64,000 nucleotides of DNA from Bacteroidota bacterium. Its GTDB lineage: Bacteria; Bacteroidota; Bacteroidia; B-17B0; Aurantibacillaceae. The stretch is taken from assembly GCA_018267475.1 (NCBI GenBank), contig JAFDYI010000031.1:50261-114260 (forward strand), read 5' to 3'. A program made the position numbers and the translations under genes. How positions within the stretch are numbered: position 1 is the first letter of the stretch; the number at the start of each line of letters is the position of its first letter. Under the pieces are notes generated by a model, which had not been told where the DNA came from, did not search any database, and saw nothing but the letters and a program-made list of their open reading frames with translations. Below are positions 56,562 to 64,000 of this stretch, one piece after another.

Positions 56562-57800
56562 TTATTGAAGGGCGGTACTTATTTTGCGAGTAGCCCCCAG
56601 TTTGTTTTGTATATATGTTTTTATTTTTTTTGATGTTTCTACAGTTGCTTCTTCTTTACAGGAAAGCAGGGTATCAAAAAAAGAATACAATTCTTCTTCT
56701 GAAGCTATTTCCGTTGCGATACCTATTTGTAAAGACTCTTGAGCTTCTATAAATTTTTTATGATGCGGGCCAAAAGCAACCGGCACTTCGTAAACCAAAG
56801 CTTCTAAAATATTGTGAATTCCATTAGTGAAACCGCCGCCTATATAAGCAGCCGCGCCATAACGGTAAATGTGAGATAAAATGCCGATGGTATCTATAAT
56901 TAAAACCGAAGAAGATGCTGCTTGTTGTGTTTGGGTGTATAAGGCGCAACTTACCTCTACCTCATTTTTTAGCTGCATGATAGCAGAAGCATGTATTTCA
57001 TGGGGGGCTATTATTAGCTTAACATTGGGATATTTTTCTTGTATTCTTTTAAAAGCAGACAACAATAGTTCTTCATCTTTTTTCCACGTGCTTCCGGCTA
57101 TTAAAACTTTAGAGTGTGCGCAAAACGCTTCTATGATAGGTAGTTCTTTCTTTTGTTGTGCAATTTCAAAAACTCTATCGAAGCGGGTATCGCCGGCTAT
57201 CTGTACGTTTTTTAACCCTTTTTCTTTTAATAGTTTAAACGAGTTCTCATCTTGCACAAAGATAGTTTGATACCAGGTAAGCGAAGTAAAAAAAATGCGC
57301 CCATACCATTTAAAAAAATGCTGTTGTTCTCTAAAAACAGCACTAATAAGATAGGTAGCTATTTGCTGCTTTTTTAATTCTTTTAAATAATGAAGCCAAA
57401 ATTCATATTTTACAAAAACTACTTGTTGCGGTTTTACAAGGGTAATAAATTTTTTTGCATTTTTTTTTGTATCTAAGGGTAAGTAAAAAACGGCATCGGC
57501 CCATTCATAATCTTTCCGTATTTCGTAACCCGAAGGCGAAAAAAAAGTAAGGACTATTTTTTTTTCTGGATTTTCTTTTTTCAGCTGTTCTATCACCGGC
57601 CGGCCTTGTTCAAACTCGCCTAAAGAAGCGCAATGAAACCAAACTACACAGCCTGATATGTTTTTTTCTTGTATTGTTTTTTGCATACAAAAAAAAATAT
57701 CCTTTCGCCCCTCTACCCACCGCTTTGCTTTGCCATGAAACAAAGAGGCTGTTTTTATAAAAAGGCTATAAAAAAAAACACCAAGATTATACAGCAGCAT
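56562..57800 (-). CDS. waaA: 3-deoxy-D-manno-octulosonic acid (Kdo) transferase
   Basis: VWFHCASLGEFEQ, LTFFSPSGYE, YLPLD, FVKYEFW, GDTRFDRV, IAGSTW, IIAPHE, GGGF...HNILEA; start ATG 57800. Confidence 0.93.
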   Translation of the reverse strand: MLLYNLGVFFYSLFIKTASLFHGKAKRWVEGRKDIFFCMQKTIQEKNISGCVVWFHCASLGEFEQGRPVIEQLKKENPEKKIVLTFFSPSGYEIRKDYEWADAVFYLPLDTKKNAKKFITLVKPQQVVFVKYEFWLHYLKELKKQQIATYLISAVFREQQHFFKWYGRIFFTSLTWYQTIFVQDENSFKLLKEKGLKNVQIAGDTRFDRVFEIAQQKKELPIIEAFCAHSKVLIAGSTWKKDEELLLSAFKRIQEKYPNVKLIIAPHEIHASAIMQLKNEVEVSCALYTQTQQAASSSVLIIDTIGILSHIYRYGAAAYIGGGFTNGIHNILEALVYEVPVAFGPHHKKFIEAQESLQIGIATEIASEEELYSFFDTLLSCKEEATVETSKKIKTYIQNKLGATRKISTALQ

Positions 57801-57802
57801 AT

Positions 57803-58567
57803 TTAGTTGTAATAAAACTCTTTGGGTGCTTTTTTGTATAAAGGCAAAAACCATCCCAACCTAATTCCTATTAAAATATCGTTTCTTTTTTTAGAGTCGG
57901 GCTGCATCGTATCGTATTGATAGCCACGTAAACCCGTAGTAAATCCTTCTTGAAAAGTAAACCCTCCATATATATTTACAATTCTGTTTTTAGCCAAAAA
58001 AGCATAGCCAATAAATTGTTCCATGGCAAAGCCCCCCGTAAGGCGGTCGTACCCTTTTTTCATGTCGCCGTTTATGGCAGCTAAGTTTCTTCCTATATCC
58101 GCAATATGAATTTGATGTTCCATATAACCAAAGCCGGCATAGGCCATCAGCCCGCTGTTTTTATTAGTACCCAACGCTTTTATAATACCGCCTATTATCG
58201 CATACACCGTAAAGCCACGCTCGTTTAGCCTTATATTAGCAGGTGTGCCTCCCGATCCGGTTATGGAGCCATAGCTGTTGTACATATAGTTTAAAGGGTT
58301 TTCGCGTACGTTACCACTAAAAAAATAATTGCCTTCTACGCCAAAAAGCATGTTGTTTTGTGTTTTATATACAATAGGAACACCCACATTTAAATTGCCT
58401 GCAAAGCGGCTAGCCATATCGCCAAAGGGTAAATCGCCCTCCAGATGTATGCCTACCATTACAAAATGATGGCTGCTGTCTTTATATTCTGTATGGCGCA
58501 CAAAGCGCTGCGAGAAAGCAGAGATAAAGAGCAACAAAAAGAAGCATACAAAAAAGTATTTTTTCAT
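57803..58567 (-). CDS. Hypothetical outer-membrane beta-barrel protein
   Basis: Signal peptide; GDMASRF, HQIHI, KKGYDRLTGG, IGIRLGWFLP; start ATG 58567. Confidence 0.65.
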   Translation of the reverse strand: MKKYFFVCFFLLLFISAFSQRFVRHTEYKDSSHHFVMVGIHLEGDLPFGDMASRFAGNLNVGVPIVYKTQNNMLFGVEGNYFFSGNVRENPLNYMYNSYGSITGSGGTPANIRLNERGFTVYAIIGGIIKALGTNKNSGLMAYAGFGYMEHQIHIADIGRNLAAINGDMKKGYDRLTGGFAMEQFIGYAFLAKNRIVNIYGGFTFQEGFTTGLRGYQYDTMQPDSKKRNDILIGIRLGWFLPLYKKAPKEFYYN

Positions 58568-58710
58568 TGAATAGTTGTGTGGTAAAACATTTTTAATTCC
58601 ACACAAAAGTACCATTATTTAGCTGCGAACAAAAAAACATGAGCAAGAATGCTTTTTTACTGATTGCTAAACCCAAAGATTTTTTACTTTTACAGCCTGA
58701 AATAAAAAAT

Positions 58711-59832
58711 ATGATACAAATAGAAGCTATTACTTTCCCTAACAAGATAAAAGAGTTTATTGACTTTCCACACGATTTATACGAAGGAGACGCCGCTTAT
58801 GTACCCGAACTTTTTTTGGCTCAAAAAGACTTACTAAACCCAAAAAAACACCCTTTTTACGAACACGCTAAGTTGCAAATGTTTTTAGCCTACAAAGGGG
58901 CTAAGGTGGTAGGGCGTATTGCCGCCATAAAAAACGGAACCCATATAGAATTTACCCAAACCAAAGAAGGTTTTTTTGGTTTTTTTGAATGTATTGAAGA
59001 CTATGAAGTAGCAAAAAAACTATTTGATGCAGCACAAGAATGGCTAAAAAAAGAAGGACTTACAAAAGTGGTGGGGCCTACCAGTTTTTCTACCAACGAA
59101 GTATTTGGCTGGCATATAGATGCTTTTGATGTTCCGCCTATGATGGTGATGGGCTATAACAAACCCTATTATATAAAATTTGCAGAGCAATACGGGTTTG
59201 CTAAAAAAGTAGATTTTTTTGCCTACTACATCAAAGACAATACCCTTTCGGATAAATCATTAAAAGTGGTAGATGCCTTTGAGCAACGCTTAAAAACGAA
59301 AGGCATTACCATTCGTACAGTAAACATGAAACGCTTTGACGAAGAAGTGGAACAGGCGCATAAAGTTTTTAACTCGGCTTGGGATAAAAACATGGGGTTT
59401 GTGCCAATGACTAAAAATGAATTTGTGCACCTTTGCCATGAAATGAAAATGATTATGAACAAAGACCTTTGCTTTGTAGCCGAGCACGAAGGAAAAATGA
59501 TTGGATTTTCATTTTCATTTCCGGATATCAACCAAATTTTTAAAACCATCAAGCGCGGGCGTTTATTACCTACCGGTATTTTTAAATTATTATTTAACCG
59601 AAAAAAAATAAATAAAATACGCGTGGTTGTATTGGGTGTTATTGAAGGATATCGAAAGCTAGGTATAGAAGCTTGTTTTTATGCAAAAACCATAAAATAC
59701 TGCCTTAATAACGGCATTGTTGCAGCCGAAGCTTCTCTTATCTTAGAAACAAACGAAATGATGAATCAAGGTTTAAGAAATATCAATGCCGAGGTATATA
59801 AAACCTATAGAATGTACGAGAAAGAACTGTAA
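58711..59832 (+). CDS. Tandem-GNAT acyltransferase (YghO-like; resembles bacterial ceramide synthase bCerS)
   Basis: EFIDFPHDLY, YVP, NPKKHPFYEH, VVGRIAAI, GFFGFFECIED, VVGP, MGYNKPYY, WGF-like 'NMGFVP', PDINQ, GVIEGYRKLG, EASLILETN, YKTYRMYEK; start ATG 58711. Confidence 0.75.
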   Translation: MIQIEAITFPNKIKEFIDFPHDLYEGDAAYVPELFLAQKDLLNPKKHPFYEHAKLQMFLAYKGAKVVGRIAAIKNGTHIEFTQTKEGFFGFFECIEDYEVAKKLFDAAQEWLKKEGLTKVVGPTSFSTNEVFGWHIDAFDVPPMMVMGYNKPYYIKFAEQYGFAKKVDFFAYYIKDNTLSDKSLKVVDAFEQRLKTKGITIRTVNMKRFDEEVEQAHKVFNSAWDKNMGFVPMTKNEFVHLCHEMKMIMNKDLCFVAEHEGKMIGFSFSFPDINQIFKTIKRGRLLPTGIFKLLFNRKKINKIRVVVLGVIEGYRKLGIEACFYAKTIKYCLNNGIVAAEASLILETNEMMNQGLRNINAEVYKTYRMYEKEL

Positions 59833-59843
59833 TATCAAGGAAG

Positions 59844-60761
59844 ATGTGGAGCCGTGTGATAAAAACAACAACACCCATAGATGTTATTACTATACTATAT
59901 ATGGGATTATCAGCAGGATATATTCTTGCAGGATACAATAAAATAGAAAATATAGAGTCCCTCTTTTTGATGCGAGTTGGCGTTTTAGTTTTCATGTTTT
60001 TTTTGTTGTATGCTGAAAGCAAATTAAAATTTACAAAAATAAAATGGTTCGTTAGCTTTCTTAGAAATGTGTACCCTTTTTTCTTCCTTAATTATTTTTA
60101 TACCGAAACTCATTACACTAAAAACAACCTTTTTCCACAGGACATAGACGCCGTTTTTGCTTCTGCCGAACAAAGTATATGGGGATTTCAACCTAGCTTA
60201 CAATTTTCGGAACATGTAAATAACCCTTTGTTTAGAGAATTGATGTATATGGGATATTTTTCTTTTTATTTAATGATACCCACACTTTGTATTGCTTTCT
60301 ATTTAAAGAATAAAAACACCGCAAAACAGCCTCTTTTTATTATGGCTTGCAGTTTTTACCTGTTTTATTGTTTATATCATTTTATACCGGTGTTAGGGCC
60401 TCAATATTATTTTAACAGCTACGCTTACAATATGGAGCCTCGTTATTTTTTTGGAAGTATTATGCATTACTTACAAATACATGTAGAGTACCCTACCGGC
60501 GCTTTCCCTAGTTCTCACGTAGGCATGGCTTTTGTTTTTTGTTATGTAACCTACCATTGGCACAAAACGTTGTTTAAAATTGTTTTACCTCTTGCTCTAT
60601 GTATTTGCTTTGCTACCGTTTATATAAAAGAGCATTATTTAATAGATGTGCTGGCCGGTTTGGCAACAGCGCCTGTTTTTATATACCTAAGCAAAAAAAT
60701 ACATACTCTTATAGAGGCTTGTTTACTTTCCTTTAAAAAAGAAGAATCTTGTTTAAGCTAG
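59844..60761 (+). CDS. PAP2_3 / AUR1 (inositol phosphorylceramide synthase-like) membrane enzyme
   Basis: Multiple TMs; 'IPVLGPQY', 'GAFPSSHVG' and 'HYLIDVLAG' (AUR1 D3/D4-like catalytic His-His-Asp); lacks the KxxxxxxRP motif of phosphatase-type PAP2. Confidence 0.75.
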   Translation: MWSRVIKTTTPIDVITILYMGLSAGYILAGYNKIENIESLFLMRVGVLVFMFFLLYAESKLKFTKIKWFVSFLRNVYPFFFLNYFYTETHYTKNNLFPQDIDAVFASAEQSIWGFQPSLQFSEHVNNPLFRELMYMGYFSFYLMIPTLCIAFYLKNKNTAKQPLFIMACSFYLFYCLYHFIPVLGPQYYFNSYAYNMEPRYFFGSIMHYLQIHVEYPTGAFPSSHVGMAFVFCYVTYHWHKTLFKIVLPLALCICFATVYIKEHYLIDVLAGLATAPVFIYLSKKIHTLIEACLLSFKKEESCLS

Positions 60762-62860
60762 GCCACCCTTCCCCAATTGGTATTGTTTTTATTTTCTCTA
60801 AGTAGTTGTGCTACTAAAATTTTATGCTCTTCGTTAGATAGGTTAGGATCTTTTTCTAATACCATACCGGCGGCTTGCCTGGCTGTTTGTAGTATTTGTT
60901 GGTCTTTAGCTAAATTAGATATTCGCAAATTAAGAGCTCCACTTTGTTGTGTGCCTTCAATATCTCCCGGCCCTCGAAGTTGCAAATCTACTTCGGCTAC
61001 TTCAAACCCATCATTGGTGCGGCACATGGTTTCCATACGGGTTCTGGCATCTTGCGATAATTTATAGGAGGTCATTAAAATGCAATAACTTTGCTCGGCG
61101 CCGCGCCCTACACGCCCTCGCAGCTGGTGTAGTTGCGATAAGCCAAAACGCTCGGCGCTTTCAATAACCATAACACTGGCATTGGGTACGTTTACCCCTA
61201 CCTCTATTACCGTGGTGGCAATCATAATTTGGGTTTTGCAGTTTACAAAACGCTGCATCTCCGTATCTTTATCTTCGGATTTCATTTTTCCATGCACAAT
61301 GCTTATTTGGTATTTAGGCAAAGGAAATTCTTGAGATAGGGCGTCGTATCCTTCCATTAAGTTTTTTAAATCCAATTTTTCTGACTCTTCAATAAGTGGA
61401 TATACCACATAAACTTGCCTACCTAAGGCAATTTGCTCCTTCATAAAGCCAAATAAGCGCAAGCGTTTGCTATCGGTGTAATGCAGGGTTTGTATTGCTT
61501 TTCTATTAGGAGGTAGTTCATCAATTACAGAAGTATCAAGGTCGCCATACAAGGTCATAGCTAAGGTACGCGGAATGGGGGTAGCGCTCATTACCAATAC
61601 GTGTGGCGGCTTGCTATTTTTTTTGTGAAGGGCGGCGCGTTGGGCTACTCCAAAACGATGTTGCTCATCAATAACTACAAAGCCTAAATTTTTAAATTGC
61701 ACGGTTTCTTCAAGCAAGGCATGTGTGCCCACCACAAGTTGAGTTGTATTATTGGCTATATTTTGTAAAATGCTTTTGCGTTCCTTGCCTTTTATAGAGC
61801 CCGTAAGCAGGCTGCAAGATATATGCAAGGGCGCTACCAGCCGACTAATCGTTTCAAAATGCTGCTGCGCTAAAATTTCGGTAGGAGCCATGATGCAAGC
61901 TTGAAATCCATTATCTAAAGCCATTAACATACACATTAACGATACAATGGTTTTACCACTACCAACATCGCCTTGCAAAAGACGGTTCATCTGTTTACCG
62001 CTGCGTACATCGCTACGAATTTCTCGTATCACGCGTTTTTGCGCATGGGTTAGCTCAAAAGGGAGATGCTCTTTAAAAAAAGTATTGAAGTAAGGCGACA
62101 ATGTTTCAAATACAAAACTTTGTGTGCTTTCGCGTCTTATATGTTTGTTTTTCAGTAATTTTAGCTGAATGTAAAAAAGTTCTTCAAACTTTAACCGAAA
62201 CTCTGCCTGCCGTAACTCTTCCATATTTTCAGGAAAATGAATGTGCCGGTACGCCTGCTCTCTATCCATCAAACGATATTGATTAAGTATGTATAAAGGC
62301 AAGGTTTCTTCTATTTGACCGGTTATTTGTAACAATAAAGCTTGTTGTAGTTTTAATAAGCCTTTAGTATCTAAGCCTTTGCTTTTTAATTTTTCGGTGC
62401 TGGGATATACAGGCTCTAAACCCGATTGTTGCCTAATGCTTTCGTTATTGGCAGGCTCTATATCAGGATGTACAAAGTTGTATTTGTTTCGGTACTCGGT
62501 AGGCTTTCCTAACACCACATATTCTGTATTGGAATTAAACTTTCCTTCTAACCATTTTACTCCACGAAACCAAATCAATTCTACTATACCCGTATCGTCT
62601 TTTAAATAAGCAATAAATCTTTTATTATGAGCGGCGCCTTGTGTTTCTGTTTTTATGATTTTTCCTTTCAGTTGCACATAAGGCAAATCAATATGAATAT
62701 CTTTTATCAGACAAAACTGACTTCTATCTACATAACGAAAAGGATACCAAACAATTAAATCGTAATAAGTAAAAATCTGTAATTCTTTTTTTAGTACATC
62801 TCCACGTTGTGGCCCTATGCCCTTCAAAAACTCAATGGGAGTATCTAAAAATGAACTCAT
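60758..62860 (-). CDS. recG: ATP-dependent DNA helicase RecG
   Basis: LKGIGP, RLKFEELF, ELTHAQKRV, MNRLLQGDVGSGKT, IDEQHRFGV, MSATPIPRTL, QLHQLRGRVGRG, LRGPG. Confidence 0.98.
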   Translation of the reverse strand: MSSFLDTPIEFLKGIGPQRGDVLKKELQIFTYYDLIVWYPFRYVDRSQFCLIKDIHIDLPYVQLKGKIIKTETQGAAHNKRFIAYLKDDTGIVELIWFRGVKWLEGKFNSNTEYVVLGKPTEYRNKYNFVHPDIEPANNESIRQQSGLEPVYPSTEKLKSKGLDTKGLLKLQQALLLQITGQIEETLPLYILNQYRLMDREQAYRHIHFPENMEELRQAEFRLKFEELFYIQLKLLKNKHIRRESTQSFVFETLSPYFNTFFKEHLPFELTHAQKRVIREIRSDVRSGKQMNRLLQGDVGSGKTIVSLMCMLMALDNGFQACIMAPTEILAQQHFETISRLVAPLHISCSLLTGSIKGKERKSILQNIANNTTQLVVGTHALLEETVQFKNLGFVVIDEQHRFGVAQRAALHKKNSKPPHVLVMSATPIPRTLAMTLYGDLDTSVIDELPPNRKAIQTLHYTDSKRLRLFGFMKEQIALGRQVYVVYPLIEESEKLDLKNLMEGYDALSQEFPLPKYQISIVHGKMKSEDKDTEMQRFVNCKTQIMIATTVIEVGVNVPNASVMVIESAERFGLSQLHQLRGRVGRGAEQSYCILMTSYKLSQDARTRMETMCRTNDGFEVAEVDLQLRGPGDIEGTQQSGALNLRISNLAKDQQILQTARQAAGMVLEKDPNLSNEEHKILVAQLLRENKNNTNWGRVA

Positions 62861-62895
62861 AGAAAATAGTTTTTCAAGCGAGAGAGGTGTTTACG

Positions 62896-63639
62896 CTACC
62901 AATCTTTGTCAATAATTTTTGATTTTGCCTCCCCTTCTTTATTTTTCTTTTTTAGCTGTAATTTTTGTTCGTTATTTTTTAAAGCATCAAGCATGCGTTG
63001 AGCCTCTTCTTTGCTCATTTGAGGTTGCTGGGGTTGCCCTTTTTGGTCTTTATCCTCTTTTTTGTTTTGCTGTTCGTCTTTCTTTTTATCTTCTTTTTTA
63101 TCTTGCTTTTGCTTATCGTCTTTCTTTTTATCTTCTTTTTTATCTTGCTTTTGCTTATCGTCTTTCTTTTTGTCGTCTTTTTTATCTTTATTTTTTTTAT
63201 CTTGTTGCTGTTGTTGTTGAAGTTTTTTTAAGGTATAAGCTAAATTGTATCGGGTATCTTCGTCTTTTGGGTTAAACTTTAAAGCGTTTTTGTATGCTTT
63301 AATGGCTTCTTCGTATTTTTTTGTTTTCAAATAGGTATTTCCTAAGTTATGAAAAGCTTTAGCTAAGGTATCTTTATTGTTGGTATTTTTTATGTACGTA
63401 TCATACTGCCCCGTGGCATCGTTGTACTTTCCTTGCTTATAGTAGGCGTTTCCTAAATTAAAATTAGATTTATAATAATTGTTTTTTTCTTTTAATGCTT
63501 CAGTGTATTTTTTTTCTGCTTCGGCGTATTTCCCCTCGTTGTAATGTTTGTTTCCTTCACGCAGTTCTTGTTTTTCTTTCTGAGCAAAAGAATACGTTAC
63601 CTGAAACAAAAAGAATAGTATTGAAATTTTTTTTATCAT
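62896..63639 (-). CDS. batC: BatC-like TPR protein
   Basis: TPRs (GNKHYNEGKY, FNLGNAYYKQGKY, FHNLGNTY), DEDTRYNLAY, K/D/Q-rich linker, MSKEEAQRMLDAL, ends DKDW; ATGA overlap with batB. Confidence 0.85.
   Translation of the reverse strand: MIKKISILFFLFQVTYSFAQKEKQELREGNKHYNEGKYAEAEKKYTEALKEKNNYYKSNFNLGNAYYKQGKYNDATGQYDTYIKNTNNKDTLAKAFHNLGNTYLKTKKYEEAIKAYKNALKFNPKDEDTRYNLAYTLKKLQQQQQQDKKNKDKKDDKKKDDKQKQDKKEDKKKDDKQKQDKKEDKKKDEQQNKKEDKDQKGQPQQPQMSKEEAQRMLDALKNNEQKLQLKKKNKEGEAKSKIIDKDW
63074..63171 (-). repeat. 42-bp intragenic tandem repeat (about 2.3 copies) in batC
   Basis: CGTCTTTCTTTTTATCTTCTTTTTTATCTTGCTTTTGCTTAT repeated exactly, encoding KKDDKQKQDKKEDK. Confidence 0.9.
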
Positions 63640-64000
63640 TTTTGAAACAAGTTTAGTTTTTTCCACCAACTGTTGATGCGCTCGCTTATTACAAATTCTA
63701 TTATCAAAAAAAGCAAAGCTACCCCTGCAAACCACTGAAACTGATCGTCATAATCAGTGTACATATTGCTTTCAAATTGTTTTTTTTCCAATTCATTTAT
63801 TTTATTAAAAACAGCATCTAGGCCTACATCAGCGTTGTTGGCTTTTACATATACACCGTTAGCTGCGCCCGCTATGCTTTGTAGTAGTTGCTGATTTAGT
63901 TTAGTAACAACGGTATTGCCTTCTTTATCTTTTTTATAACCCGATGGCACGCCGTTGTTGTATATAGGTATGGGCACTCCGGCATCAGAACCAATTCCTA
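63636..64000 (-). CDS. batB: BatB-like VWA-domain protein, 3' end (runs off the window end)
   Basis: GMPIPI...YKKDKEGNTVVTKLN, LEKKQFE...DYDDQFQWF, C-terminal TM. Confidence 0.85.
   Translation of the reverse strand, partial: GIGSDAGVPIPIYNNGVPSGYKKDKEGNTVVTKLNQQLLQSIAGAANGVYVKANNADVGLDAVFNKINELEKKQFESNMYTDYDDQFQWFAGVALLFLIIEFVISERINSWWKKLNLFQK

Noticed and set aside
62919-63275. Hydrophobic or repetitive plus-strand ORFs (118 and 77 aa) that look like membrane peptides
   Set aside because: Antisense read-through of the K/D-rich batC repeat; the Phe/Leu richness simply mirrors the poly-A codons.
1-64000. CRISPR array, rRNA, prophage, defence or toxin-antitoxin genes
   Set aside because: No regularly spaced repeats or recognisable motifs seen; the only exact repeats found are the 26-bp degP duplication and the 42-bp batC repeat.

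Overview
64-kb, mostly core-genome segment of a free-living Bacteroidota bacterium. The assignment rests on recurrent TAnnTTTG -7 promoter boxes, A-rich starts without Shine-Dalgarno sequences, two T9SS C-terminal-domain cargo proteins, batB/batC and GLPGLI/DUF4412-like proteins. I can support about 57 CDS (dsbD and batB are cut by the window edges; prfB needs a +1 programmed frameshift), 2 tRNAs (Met-CAT, Leu-CAA), several terminators and promoters, and one short IS3-like remnant. I see no CRISPR array, prophage, rRNA or intact transposase. The most interesting observations are: (1) a small exported leader protein ending in SVFHPPKA* whose stop codon lies in an 11-nt inverted repeat that can pair with the translation-initiation region of the next gene, heading a PepSY-like + POTRA-less Omp85 operon (candidate arrest-peptide attenuation system); (2) a two-gene unit resembling bacterial ceramide synthase plus an AUR1/IPC-synthase-like enzyme (candidate phosphosphingolipid module); (3) a kinase-less LytTR / unknown periplasmic protein / beta-propeller-PP2C / LolE-type operon, with a second PAS-PP2C elsewhere that has a Met/Cys-rich uORF; (4) a duplicated translation-initiation region with an MK* mini-ORF, a hairpin and overlapping sigma54-like and sigmaA-like promoters before degP. 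All protein family calls come from motif recognition by eye; no database searches were run.
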